Shown: positions 47,019 through 57,168 of the stretch, one piece after another
Position numbering within the stretch: the first letter of the stretch is position 1
Layout of the letters: every line of letters starts with the position of its first letter
NCBI GenBank assembly: GCA_946565805.1
Contig: CAMNWO010000004.1
Span: 31,792 to 95,791, forward strand
From: an uncultured Clostridium sp.
Lineage (GTDB): Bacteria > Bacillota > Clostridia > TANB77 > CAG-508
Reading direction: 5' to 3'
Length of the DNA stretch: 64,000 nucleotides
Program-made: the position numbers and the translations under genes
The notes under the pieces: model-generated
Seen by the model: the letters and a program-made list of their open reading frames with translations, nothing else
Database searches by the model: none
What the model was told of the DNA's origin: nothing

Positions 47019-47347
47019 GATGTATGAACAATACTTATTATACAGCCATATAGCATATTTGTCAACACATTTTAGAAAATTCCTCAAAAAACCCAGAAAA
47101 ACAAATCCTCCTTTCAGCAAACATCTTAAGAAAAACTAAGGATCACCCTTCTAGTATATGCCAAAAAAGCAAAAATATTACCATTTCATTATAAAAAACA
47201 TATAAACTTTAAAATAAAAATGACATAGCAACAGAAGCGTAACAAAAAATTCATAAATTTCTTGACACTAATTGACAAAGTACAACTTTTTTTATATAGT
47301 AAGAATGATAAAAATAGTAGTTCAAACCATTTTGGAGGTGATGCATT

Positions 47348-47728
47348 ATGAAGACAAAGAAAAACTCTTTTATGACTGCTTTCCAGATATATTTACCAGA
47401 AGATTTAGGTATCATAGATAATGTATTAGCTCATGTACAAATTGGTAACGAAACAATAGACGTAACAACAATTTGGCATGAAGGTCGGTACCTTTCTATG
47501 ACTGGAATCGAGTGGAGTCGAGTATTTCGTGATGACAACAATTTTGAAATCACAAAATATCAAACTTTAAAAACATGTTCAATAGCATTTCCCATCGAAA
47601 TATGGGATTTGGTAGAAGGCTTTTTTTATCTAACTTTTACTGGTTGGAAAAATGAGAACTTAACCTTCTATCATACGGAAAAACACTTTTTTAAAAAAAG
47701 TGATAAATTAATTGTATATCGTCAATAA
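47348..47728 (+). CDS. Hypothetical 126-aa protein
   Basis: GGAGGTGAT Shine-Dalgarno. Contains an in-frame CGG at 47486-47488 with no frame change. Confidence 0.5.
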   Translation: MKTKKNSFMTAFQIYLPEDLGIIDNVLAHVQIGNETIDVTTIWHEGRYLSMTGIEWSRVFRDDNNFEITKYQTLKTCSIAFPIEIWDLVEGFFYLTFTGWKNENLTFYHTEKHFFKKSDKLIVYRQ

Positions 47729-47777
47729 TAAAAAAAGGCGTTCACTCTATTAGAACGTCTTTTTCCTATTAAAAATT

Positions 47778-48707
47778 CTATCTTAAAAAACCATTAATAA
47801 TTTCTTCCTCTGCTTCCTTCTCAGAAAGTCCAAGTGTCATCAGTTTAATCAATTGTTCCCCTGCAATTTTCCCAATTGCTGCTTCATGAATTAAATTAGC
47901 TTCTACATTATTGGCTGTAATCTCTGGTGTTGCTGTAACTTTTGCTCTATCTTTTACAATAGCATCACATTCACTATGAGCAAAACACTTATCATTCCCA
48001 TAAATTTTAGAAACAAAAAGTTGCTCAGAAGAATCAGTTGCTACTGACCTTGAAGTCACATGTGTACTAGCATTTTCTCCATTTAACTGAACATCGAAAA
48101 TTGTTTTAGCAAATTGATTTCCATGTGTCATAATTTTTTCAGATACCACAAAGTTTGTATTTGCTTCTAACTCTCCTTTTGTTTCTCTAATGGTGGAATC
48201 AACTCCTTTAATTTGGCTACTTTCCATTTCCATGCTACTTCCCGCTTTTAGATATACTTCTGTTACTGGATTTAAAATTCGTTTTCCATCTCCATTGCCT
48301 TCCCCATAATGTTTTTCAATATATTTTACTTTTGCTCCTTCTTCTAAAAAAAAGCGATGAATTCCGTCATGTTGCGAGTCTTTGTGGTGGTCATTATGAA
48401 TTCCACATCCAGCTACAATGATTACATTGGCATTTTTACCAATGTAAAAATCATTGTATACTAAGTCGTTTAATCCACTTTCTGTTATAATAACTGGTAT
48501 GTGAATGAATTCAAATTTTGTATTTTCTTTGACATAGATGTCAATTCCTGGTTTATCTGTTTTTGTTTTAATATCTACATTTTCTGTTATTTTTCTTTCA
48601 ATTCCTTGCCCATTTTTTCGAATGTTATAGGCTCCTTTTTCGATGTTTTCTAAATTGGAAATTTCGTTTAAAAGGTCTTTATCGACTTGTTTTATCTCTT
48701 TTTCCAT
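47778..48707 (-). CDS. sufD: SufB/SufD-family Fe-S cluster assembly protein
   Basis: 309 aa directly downstream of sufC; the C-terminal beta-helix region resembles the SufBD family. Confidence 0.75.
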   Translation of the reverse strand: MEKEIKQVDKDLLNEISNLENIEKGAYNIRKNGQGIERKITENVDIKTKTDKPGIDIYVKENTKFEFIHIPVIITESGLNDLVYNDFYIGKNANVIIVAGCGIHNDHHKDSQHDGIHRFFLEEGAKVKYIEKHYGEGNGDGKRILNPVTEVYLKAGSSMEMESSQIKGVDSTIRETKGELEANTNFVVSEKIMTHGNQFAKTIFDVQLNGENASTHVTSRSVATDSSEQLFVSKIYGNDKCFAHSECDAIVKDRAKVTATPEITANNVEANLIHEAAIGKIAGEQLIKLMTLGLSEKEAEEEIINGFLR

Positions 48708-48726
48708 CTTCTCCTCCTTCTTTCTT

Positions 48727-49443
48727 CTATCCCTCTTTTCTCATTTTGTAACACTCTGTTATGGCAAATGTTTTATTTAGTACTTCTTCACTTTTTCCGA
48801 TTTCTTCTATTTTTCCTGCTTTCATTAGGATGACTTCGTCTGCTATGTTTAAAATTCTTTCTTGATGTGAGATGATTAGGGTTGTTCCTTTGATAAGTTC
48901 GCCCATTTTTTCGAATACGTCTATTAGGTTGCTAAAGCTCCATAGGTCAATTCCTGCTTCTGGTTCGTCAAATATGGTTAATTTTGCTCCTCTTAGTGCT
49001 ACGGTTGCAATTTCTATTCTCTTTAATTCGCCTCCTGATAGGGAACCATTTACTTCTCTGTCTACATATTCTTTGGCACATAGACCTACTTTTGATAATA
49101 CTTCACAAGCTTCTATTTTTGTCATTTTTTCTTTTCTTCCTGCTATTTTTAATAAGTCATATACCGTAATTCCTTTGAATTTTACTGGTTGTTGGAAGGC
49201 AAAGCTAATGCCTAAATTGGCTCTTTCATCAATGCTTAAATTGGTGATGTCTTTTCCATCTAAAATGACTTTTCCAGAGTCTGGCTTTTCAATTCCCATT
49301 ATAATCTTTACTAAAGTTGATTTCCCTGAACCATTCGGTCCTGTAATAGCAATAAATTTTCCTATCTCAAGATTTAAGTTGATATTGTCAAGTATTTTTC
49401 TATTTTCTCTTTCAAAACATATATTTTTTAATTCTAATAACAC
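48727..49443 (-). CDS. sufC: Fe-S cluster assembly ATPase SufC
   Basis: Start set at GTG 49443, after GGAGG and just past the stop of the upstream regulator. Walker A GPNGSGKS, signature LSGGE, Walker B LTIFDEPE. Confidence 0.85.
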   Translation of the reverse strand: MLLELKNICFERENRKILDNINLNLEIGKFIAITGPNGSGKSTLVKIIMGIEKPDSGKVILDGKDITNLSIDERANLGISFAFQQPVKFKGITVYDLLKIAGRKEKMTKIEACEVLSKVGLCAKEYVDREVNGSLSGGELKRIEIATVALRGAKLTIFDEPEAGIDLWSFSNLIDVFEKMGELIKGTTLIISHQERILNIADEVILMKAGKIEEIGKSEEVLNKTFAITECYKMRKEG

Positions 49444-49445
49444 CT

Positions 49446-49913
49446 TTATTCCTCCATTTTCATCTTGTTTTTTGCTACTCTTTGAACACAATTCCTACAT
49501 TTTTCATTGTTTTTGTCATAGCCACATTCTAAGTCCTCCAAATTCATAATTTGAGTAATATATTTGTTTAGCTTTTTTGCAGTTTGTTCTGATATAGCAT
49601 GTTTCATAGCGATTGCTTCTTGTTCTGCTTGTCTTTTGTCAATGTTTAAAATTTCTACTAGAAACATTTTTAAGATATCTTGCTTTTTAATTACTTCTAT
49701 AGCATAACCTTCGCCTTCTCTTGTTAAGGTAATATTCCCATATGCTTTATAGTTGATAAGTTTCATGTCTTTTAGCACATTAATGGCTTTGTTTACACTT
49801 GGTTTTGTAATTTCTAATCTTGTGGCAATGTCTGTTACTCTAACTTTTTTATTATTTTTTTCTAATAAATAAATTGTTTTTAGATATTCTTCTTGCGAAT
49901 TGGTTAATTTCAT
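49446..49913 (-). CDS. DtxR/MntR-family metal-dependent transcriptional regulator
   Basis: N-terminus SQEEYLKTIYLL ... VRVTDIATRLEITKPSVNKAI, followed by a dimerisation domain. Confidence 0.8.
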   Translation of the reverse strand: MKLTNSQEEYLKTIYLLEKNNKKVRVTDIATRLEITKPSVNKAINVLKDMKLINYKAYGNITLTREGEGYAIEVIKKQDILKMFLVEILNIDKRQAEQEAIAMKHAISEQTAKKLNKYITQIMNLEDLECGYDKNNEKCRNCVQRVAKNKMKMEE

Positions 49914-50041
49914 GAGTTTCTCCTTTTGTTAGACTTCGCTAACATTTTAATATAGAAAAGCTTTTTTGTCAAGTAAATAAATATTTAAGTTTTGGAATTT
50001 TATTAGATAGGATAGCTTTTGAATAAATTATATTGGTACAA

Positions 50042-50680
50042 CTATTTTACAACTATGAATTCTTTAACTTTATTGAACTTAGCCTCACCAATCCCGCTAA
50101 CTTCTTTCAAATCCTCTACTTTTGTAAATTTTCCTTTCTCTTTTCTATATTCTAAAATTTTTATTGCTGTTGAAGGTCCAATGCCTGGTAAGGTTTCTAA
50201 TTGCGTCTGAGTTGCTGTATTGATATTTACTTTTGCATTTTTAGGACTTATCTCCTCTGTGTTTTTTTCTGCTTCTATCGTGACACCACTCTCTGTTGTT
50301 ATATGGGGTTCTTTTCTTTCTTGTTTTGTTGGAATGTGTATCTTCATACCATCTTCTAATTTATAAGCTAAATTAATATCTTCTATACTGGCATCTTCTC
50401 TAACTCCCTCTGCTTTATCTATAGCATCTGAAATTCTGCTATTTATCTTTAGTTCTACAATTCCCTCTTTATTGACTGCTCCTGATACATGAACTAAAAT
50501 TGTATTATCACTAAAATCTTGTTTTTCATTTTGTTCTTCTTGCATTTCTATATCATTTTCTAAATCGTTTGAGGATATCCCAGCTTCCTCTTTTCCATAT
50601 ACATAGTAGAATACAAATCCTACTACAATAGTTATAATAATTCCTAGAATAATTTTTTGTTTTTTACTAAAATTGTACAT
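50042..50680 (-). CDS. comEA: Competence protein ComEA (SLBB + tandem helix-hairpin-helix)
   Basis: INTATQTQLETLPGIGPSTAIKILEYRKEKGKFTKVEDLKEVSGIGEAKF. Confidence 0.85.
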   Translation of the reverse strand: MYNFSKKQKIILGIIITIVVGFVFYYVYGKEEAGISSNDLENDIEMQEEQNEKQDFSDNTILVHVSGAVNKEGIVELKINSRISDAIDKAEGVREDASIEDINLAYKLEDGMKIHIPTKQERKEPHITTESGVTIEAEKNTEEISPKNAKVNINTATQTQLETLPGIGPSTAIKILEYRKEKGKFTKVEDLKEVSGIGEAKFNKVKEFIVVK

Positions 50681-50771
50681 ATAAATACCTCCTTGTTATA
50701 ATTTGATTTTTTAGTTGAAAATTTCCTAAAAATAGAGTATGATAATAGATATTAATTAGGAGAAATAATCT

Positions 50772-52019
50772 ATGAAAATAAATTTTAAAAAATTAATGAT
50801 AGTATTTTTTGTTTTTCTTTTTACTTTCCTGCCTACTTCTTTTGTACTTTCTTCTTCTGAAGAGCCTGAATTGATTTCAAAATCTGCTATTTTAATGGAT
50901 AGTAAAACGAAAAAAATTATATATGCTAAAAATGAAAAGAAAAAAATGTATCCAGCTAGTACTACAAAAATCATGACTGCTATTCTTACTTTAGAACATT
51001 GTAATTTAGATGATTTAGTAACTGTCAGCTATAATACTGTCATGTCTATTCCAGAGGGCTATGTCTCTGCTTTTCTTCAAGTGGGTGAACAATTGACAGT
51101 AGAACAATTATTACAGTTATTAATGGTTCATTCTGCTAATGATGCTTCCAATGCTTTAGCAGAATATGTTGGTGGGTCTATTCCAAGTTTTGTTACTATG
51201 ATGAATACCAAAGCACATGAACTTGGTTTGTCAGATACTCATTTTACCAACACCTTTGGTTTACATGATGAAAATCACTATACAACCGCACAAGATTTAG
51301 CTATTTTAATGCAGTATTGTATTAAAAATGAAAATTTCAGGAGATTTTCAGGTAAAGCTTCTTGTGCCATTCCTGCTACTAATTTGTATGATGTTAGAAG
51401 GTATAACTCTACAAATGAATTGATTATTCCAAACCATCAAAATTACTACTCTTATTTAACTTGTGGTAAGACTGGACATACTACTCAAGCTGGTGATTGC
51501 TTGGTTTCTTGTGCTTATAAAAATAATTTGGAATTAATTTGCGTTGTTTTAGGTGGACAAATGATAGATAATGTATCTACTCGTTTTTCAGAAACAAAGG
51601 CATTATACGAATATGGCTATAATAATTATTCAATTCAGCCTTTATGGAATGAAAATGATATTATGACACAAATAGAAGTTTCAAATGCTCAAAAGGATAC
51701 AAAAAATTTAGATTTATTAGCTACTTCTACGGTTCATGCTTTGTTAGATAATTCTTTTTCTAAAAATAATGTTAATTTTAAAGTGGATTTAAAAGATGAT
51801 ATAGAAGCTCCTATAGCACAAGGGGAAATTCTAGGTAGCATTTCCTATGAGAAAGATGGTATTACTTATAAAACAAATTTAATGGCTTCTCATTCTGTTG
51901 AAAAATCTAAATTATTATTCTATTTAATAGGAATTGGAATTGTTGTTTTGATTTTAATTTTACTTTTGATTTATTTTGTGCTTTTTCACAAAAAAGAAAA
52001 AAATTATAATGAATATTAA
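50772..52019 (+). CDS. D-alanyl-D-alanine carboxypeptidase (S11, DacB/PBP5-like)
   Basis: Signal peptide, SxxK motif (PASTTKIMTA), SAN motif (HSANDA), KTG motif (CGKTGHT) and a C-terminal anchor. Confidence 0.85.
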   Translation: MKINFKKLMIVFFVFLFTFLPTSFVLSSSEEPELISKSAILMDSKTKKIIYAKNEKKKMYPASTTKIMTAILTLEHCNLDDLVTVSYNTVMSIPEGYVSAFLQVGEQLTVEQLLQLLMVHSANDASNALAEYVGGSIPSFVTMMNTKAHELGLSDTHFTNTFGLHDENHYTTAQDLAILMQYCIKNENFRRFSGKASCAIPATNLYDVRRYNSTNELIIPNHQNYYSYLTCGKTGHTTQAGDCLVSCAYKNNLELICVVLGGQMIDNVSTRFSETKALYEYGYNNYSIQPLWNENDIMTQIEVSNAQKDTKNLDLLATSTVHALLDNSFSKNNVNFKVDLKDDIEAPIAQGEILGSISYEKDGITYKTNLMASHSVEKSKLLFYLIGIGIVVLILILLLIYFVLFHKKEKNYNEY

Positions 52020-52080
52020 ATTTATTTTTAGAAAGTTTGATTATATTTTTTCAAAGAAAAATATAATCAAACTTTCTCTT

Positions 52081-53418
52081 TTAATAATCTTTTCCAATAA
52101 TAATAGTTACATCTACTTTACTTGAACTTGATTCGCTATTTTCTATTGTACCTGTACCAACTACATCTTTCATGTTTTTTAATAGGGTTTCTTTTATATT
52201 CTTTTTATTTATGATTGTAGTTTTTGCAGTTGTATTTGTACTTCCTGTTCTTGTAACTTTATATCCTGCACCATTTAGCTGATTTACTACTTTTTGTAAA
52301 TTACTACTGGTTCCACTACCATTTAGTACCTCAATCGTAATGTCTGCCTTGCTATTGCTTGAAGTAGAAGAAACTGTTTCATTCTCGGTTGTGCCTTCCT
52401 CTGTTTCGTCTATATCTCTATCGAAAAATAATTCTTGTACTAATTCCTTTGTTTTGGTTTTATCATGTACAAATATACTAACGTTATTCGTTTTATTTAG
52501 ACTTGGTACGGTTCCTGGTAATGTTTCTGTTAGCATGTTTTCTGTATTGAATTCTACTGCATATGGTATATAGTCTTTTGCTACATTAAAGTCTATGTTT
52601 GTGATTACATATTGTTTTGCTACATCTAAAATTTCACCTAATTTGAATACATTTTCTGGCTTTGCTGTTTGTTTGATTACTTGTAAAATAAATTCTCTTT
52701 GTGTTCTCATTCTTCCAATGTCATTATCTCCATATTCAGCTGGGTAAGATGTCATTCTTCCATATTTATCTGGATTGTTATGTCTGAAACGTACTAGTTG
52801 TTCTGCTTTGTTTCCATCTAATTTTTGCTCCCCTGCTTTTAGGTGTATGTGTAGGTCTTGTGATGTATCATCATAGTCCATGTCGATTGGAACATTAAAG
52901 TTAACTCCTCCAATGACATCTACTAGTTTAATAAGTGCTTCTGTTTTTACGACTACATAGTATTCAATGTTTAACCCTGTGATTTGATTGACTGCTTCTA
53001 ATGTTTCGTCTGGTCTATGTTTTCTACCATATAAGGCATTTATTTTTTCATAAGCGGTTGCTCTTGCTGTATTTTTACCTGTGTAAGTGTCTCTTGGGAT
53101 GGATAGTAGTGTTGCTTTTTGTGTGTTTGGATTATAAGATGCTACGATAATAGTGTCTGTTAGTTCTACGTTTTCTTGGTCTGTACTAATTCCTAATAAA
53201 AGAACTTTAATTTCTCCTACATCTTTTTTTGAATTTAATACAGTTGCTAGCATTCCTGATGTTCCTCCACCGTTTTTATGTACTTTATAAGCAAATACTC
53301 CTCCTGCTATTAGTAATACTAATATTAGTATTAGTATTATCTTTTTCCAAACTTTCTTTTTACCCTTTTTCTTCTTATTATTTTTTATATTTTTATTGTT
53401 CATTTGTTTCTTTTCCAC
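52081..53418 (-). CDS. LytR-CpsA-Psr (LCP) family protein with a LytR_C-type C-terminal domain
   Basis: N-terminal TM helix plus LCP core (TDTIIVASYNP ... LLSIPRDT). Confidence 0.85.
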   Translation of the reverse strand: MEKKQMNNKNIKNNKKKKGKKKVWKKIILILILVLLIAGGVFAYKVHKNGGGTSGMLATVLNSKKDVGEIKVLLLGISTDQENVELTDTIIVASYNPNTQKATLLSIPRDTYTGKNTARATAYEKINALYGRKHRPDETLEAVNQITGLNIEYYVVVKTEALIKLVDVIGGVNFNVPIDMDYDDTSQDLHIHLKAGEQKLDGNKAEQLVRFRHNNPDKYGRMTSYPAEYGDNDIGRMRTQREFILQVIKQTAKPENVFKLGEILDVAKQYVITNIDFNVAKDYIPYAVEFNTENMLTETLPGTVPSLNKTNNVSIFVHDKTKTKELVQELFFDRDIDETEEGTTENETVSSTSSNSKADITIEVLNGSGTSSNLQKVVNQLNGAGYKVTRTGSTNTTAKTTIINKKNIKETLLKNMKDVVGTGTIENSESSSSKVDVTIIIGKDY

Positions 53419-53486
53419 AATGTTCCACTCCTAAAATTTCATGGTACTAGTATAGCAAATTTGCTCTTAAAAAGCAAGAAATTTCA

Positions 53487-54092
53487 CTAAAAAAACACAT
53501 TTAATACATTGTTTTGCTCCATAGTTTTTCCTAGCACTGACTGCTCTATGCTTGTTTTCACTTTATGATTCGGATTAATTTTCCCTGGTATTCCTAGTAC
53601 AAGAAGTCCTACATAGATAATTAGAAGCCCTCTTGCTATTCCATATAAAATTCCGCCAGCTTTGTTTAATTGTTCTAATATTGGTAATTTAGCAACAGCA
53701 TCTGCTAACGCTGTTATAAACCTTAAGGCAATTCGAATGGCAATTATTAAAACAATCATAACGCCTCCCCTTACAATGTTAATTGCTAGGTTTCTTGCTG
53801 TTTCTGGTAGCATATCATTTTTTGTGGTTTCCATTATCTGTTTGGATGTCTCGTTTTGTTCTTTAGTCATGATATCATTTGCTTTTTCATAAATAGCATC
53901 TTCTATTGCTTCATCAATTCCTGTTGTGTTAATAACTAGATTAGAGATTGGCTGATATAAAATAACGGTTGCTACAATAGAAATGGCAAAAGCACATAAT
54001 CCTATTGCTAATTTTACTAATCCTTTTCGATAAGCTAAGAATGTTGATAATACAACAATTCCTATTATAATTAAATCAACTACGATTCCCAT
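53487..54092 (-). CDS. CvpA-family membrane protein
   Basis: 201 aa with a CvpA-like N-terminus (VDLIIIGIVVLSTFLAYRKG) and 4 TM helices. Confidence 0.7.
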   Translation of the reverse strand: MGIVVDLIIIGIVVLSTFLAYRKGLVKLAIGLCAFAISIVATVILYQPISNLVINTTGIDEAIEDAIYEKANDIMTKEQNETSKQIMETTKNDMLPETARNLAINIVRGGVMIVLIIAIRIALRFITALADAVAKLPILEQLNKAGGILYGIARGLLIIYVGLLVLGIPGKINPNHKVKTSIEQSVLGKTMEQNNVLNVFF

Positions 54093-54104
54093 ATTTTTTC
54101 CTCC

Positions 54105-55298
54105 TTATAAATTAACAATTTCAATTCTGTCTCGATAGATAATTCCTGCTATGCTATCTGATACAACAATATTAGTAATTTCTTGTTTGGCTATGTATCG
54201 CTTTACTAGCCATCCTTCTGTATTGATAAATTCTATTTCTGTTCCTAAGTTTAAGGCAATAATATTACCATAGGTATAAATTTCTTTTGTTACAGCATTG
54301 GCTATGTATTCTTTCGTTCCTTTGTTGTCTATGTTTAGAATGGAAACTACTGAATCCGCTGTGAATAATCCAGAAGATTTTTCTTCTATTTGTATCGCAT
54401 GATTATTAAGCTCTACTGATTGAAAGATTATCTTTTTATTTTTGTTATTCATGATAACGTTGTCTTCTTTGTTTTCTATGATGTGAATTTCATCTGTGTA
54501 CATACAAATTAGTTTGTTTTTATCATGATATTCTATATTGGTTATTAATTTATCACTTTCGCTTTTATATGTATTTTCTACTGAATTCGTTGGGTCTGTA
54601 CTTGCTTTTTCAATGGAAATCACCTTGATATTTGATTGTATAATGGTTCCTGATGTATCTATTTCTGCAATAGCTAAATGCTTGTTGTCATTTGAAATGG
54701 CTATGTCTGCTGTTCTAGTAGAAGATAGATAGGTTTTAAATAATAGGGTTCCATCTGGGCTGTACATAGCGACTACGGTTTTATGAATGGTATCTGTTAT
54801 AACTACTGCTACATATCCATTTTTGTTGACATGTACTTGGGATATGTTTCCTTCTATTTGTGTGTCCCAGGTAATGTTTTTGTCTGTTATAAGATATATT
54901 TTTTTTCCTTTCTTTTCTGCCATGACTAAAAATCGGTTTGCAGAGTCAAAAATAGGATTGGACACTTCTACTTCTAATGTTTCTTCTTTGTTTCCTGTAT
55001 TTCCATAGATTGCAAATTTGTTTTTGTTTAATACCCCTATGTATTTGTTAAAAGCATATATATTTGTGTTTTCATTCTCTTTTAGTTCTATGGTACTTAC
55101 GTTGTCTTGCCTGATTTCTTTTCGGAATATGTTTTTATCGATCCATTCTCTTACTTGTCGATTGTTATAATAAATAATTGTAGTTGTAATAAGTACTATT
55201 GCTAGAATTGCTATTAGAATTATAATTATAAGTTTCTTTTTGTTGATTTTTTGTGGTAGTATTTCATCTGTTATACTTTCTTTCCAATAATCTTTCAT
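54105..55298 (-). CDS. Membrane-anchored hypothetical protein (possibly DUF5711-like, repeat/beta-propeller character)
   Basis: 397-aa ORF with an N-terminal TM helix. Confidence 0.45.
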   Translation of the reverse strand: MKDYWKESITDEILPQKINKKKLIIIILIAILAIVLITTTIIYYNNRQVREWIDKNIFRKEIRQDNVSTIELKENENTNIYAFNKYIGVLNKNKFAIYGNTGNKEETLEVEVSNPIFDSANRFLVMAEKKGKKIYLITDKNITWDTQIEGNISQVHVNKNGYVAVVITDTIHKTVVAMYSPDGTLLFKTYLSSTRTADIAISNDNKHLAIAEIDTSGTIIQSNIKVISIEKASTDPTNSVENTYKSESDKLITNIEYHDKNKLICMYTDEIHIIENKEDNVIMNNKNKKIIFQSVELNNHAIQIEEKSSGLFTADSVVSILNIDNKGTKEYIANAVTKEIYTYGNIIALNLGTEIEFINTEGWLVKRYIAKQEITNIVVSDSIAGIIYRDRIEIVNL

Positions 55299-55404
55299 AG
55301 TTTTCTCCTTGTCTTTGGCTTTTCTTTATTCTACTATAGTAAAACAGAAAAAGCAAGTAATTTACTTGCTTTATTATTGAAGGTATTTATTTCACATTTT
55401 CGTG

Positions 55405-56958
55405 TCATTCTTTAAAAAATAAAGTAATTCTAAACCCCACGTCACCTGAGGCAGAACCATCTGTATAGCCTCTATATGAAGCAGGATAAGCGGAACCAGG
55501 TTTCCATCCAATTCCTCCACCTCTCGGAGTTCTATACATTCTCTTTAGCGTGTTACTCCACTGAGCCTCCATCGTCAGTTCCATAGCATTTCCAGCCATA
55601 TCATAGATATTTTTTAGTCTATTACTTGCCAATTCATCTATGTCTGTACCTGCAGGCTTAAGAGGTGCCGTATACCAACCTCTTCCAGAACTGTCTTTTA
55701 CATACTCTTCATCCTCAAAAAATTTTAGCGTTGTGTCCCACTGAATTCCAAATGACATACAACTGGTAACCTTTTCTCCATATGATTTATCTCTTGCAAA
55801 GTTCATAGCTAAATCAAAGGCACCTCCTGTTAATTGGCTGATATTTCCCCAACTAATGTTATCATATATTGGGACACCTTTCTTTACTACTGGTACTGCG
55901 GATTCCTGTCCTGTTTCATATCTTCCCATATAGAATCCCTTATTTTTTGAATTAACTACACTATTATACATAGCATCATATAAGTCCTTTTCTTTTTGAA
56001 TGCCATTAGAGTAAGGTTCTGATGTGTCTCCCCAAGATCCAGCAGGCAAAGATTCTTGTATACTGCCATTGCAATATCCAGGCTCTCTTACAAAATCTTT
56101 TTTATTCTCTACTGGTATCCATACAAATTCATTTCCTGTGCTACGATGAAATTCATCAATTTTGTCTGTTACTACTAATCCATTTTCAATCATATTAATC
56201 GTGTTAGTCTCTCCTACTGCAAATCCTTCTGGTATTCTTGCTGTATTTCCATTCTGATCTATATATGTTTTTGTTTCTGTATAAATATCAGAAAAAATTT
56301 CTGCATTTCCTATATTGGTTACTTTTACTATACATGTTGTTGTTTCTCCATTGCTTCCTTCTACCGTTACAGTATAATATCCACTTTCTGTTACATCAAA
56401 AGTCGTAGTGGATTTATTGGTTTCTACCTCTCCATTTGGTTTTGTTATTTTGGTTATGGTTTCCCCTCCGCTTATGGTCGCTGTAATTGTTACTGTTACT
56501 TTTGTTCCTTCTGGTACAGGCTCTGTTGGATTTAAGCTATAATTTACAACTGGTTTTATAGATTTTAGACTTACTTTTCCCATTTCATTGATTTCAATTA
56601 AGTAACCATCAACTACTACATCAATTGGTAATTTTTCTATTTTGTTACTGCTCATAATAGATGCATCGTTATAAAGAATATCTGTTAATCCTTCTACTTG
56701 TCTCAAATTTGTATTTAAATCCTCTAAGTCAATCTCTCCATTTTCCCCAAAACTTCCAGCTACTGCTATTTTCACTTTTTCTTCTGCTGATTTCTTTGCT
56801 GTTTCATTTTTTGCAGTATTAGCTTTTGTTAGTAATCCATTTTCTCCCGTTAAAGTAGAAATAGTGATTCCTGCTAAGATTAGTAAGATAATAATTGTAA
56901 TAACCAAAGCAATCAAGGTAATACCATTATTTTTCTCTTGTTTTACCATCCAATTCAT
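55405..56958 (-). CDS. Prepilin-type N-terminal segment + Ig-like region + formylglycine-generating-enzyme (SUMF1/FGE-sulfatase) domain protein
   Basis: N-terminus NGITLIALVITIIILLILAGI is pseudopilin-like. C-terminus GNAMELT ... RGGG ... GFRITL is typical of the FGE-sulfatase fold. Confidence 0.65.
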   Translation of the reverse strand: MNWMVKQEKNNGITLIALVITIIILLILAGITISTLTGENGLLTKANTAKNETAKKSAEEKVKIAVAGSFGENGEIDLEDLNTNLRQVEGLTDILYNDASIMSSNKIEKLPIDVVVDGYLIEINEMGKVSLKSIKPVVNYSLNPTEPVPEGTKVTVTITATISGGETITKITKPNGEVETNKSTTTFDVTESGYYTVTVEGSNGETTTCIVKVTNIGNAEIFSDIYTETKTYIDQNGNTARIPEGFAVGETNTINMIENGLVVTDKIDEFHRSTGNEFVWIPVENKKDFVREPGYCNGSIQESLPAGSWGDTSEPYSNGIQKEKDLYDAMYNSVVNSKNKGFYMGRYETGQESAVPVVKKGVPIYDNISWGNISQLTGGAFDLAMNFARDKSYGEKVTSCMSFGIQWDTTLKFFEDEEYVKDSSGRGWYTAPLKPAGTDIDELASNRLKNIYDMAGNAMELTMEAQWSNTLKRMYRTPRGGGIGWKPGSAYPASYRGYTDGSASGDVGFRITLFFKE

Positions 56959-57168
56959 CTCGTTCCTCTTCTCTTTCTTTAGTATTTCTTACATTTTGCA
57001 TATTATATGACATTTTTGTCGTTTTCCTGTCCTTATTTTATATGTCTCCATATAGTATGTCAATACCTATTTTCTATTTTTCTATGTTTAGGCATACTAT
57101 ATTATTCCTAAGTTTTCGTAATCTTTTTTAAGAAGCGAACTTATGGAAGATGGGGAACAAGTCAATTA

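Noticed and set aside
46756-47120. ORFs 46756..47031 and 46935..47120.
   Set aside because: They overlap the initiator tRNA gene, and their 'protein' is a translation of the tRNA sequence.
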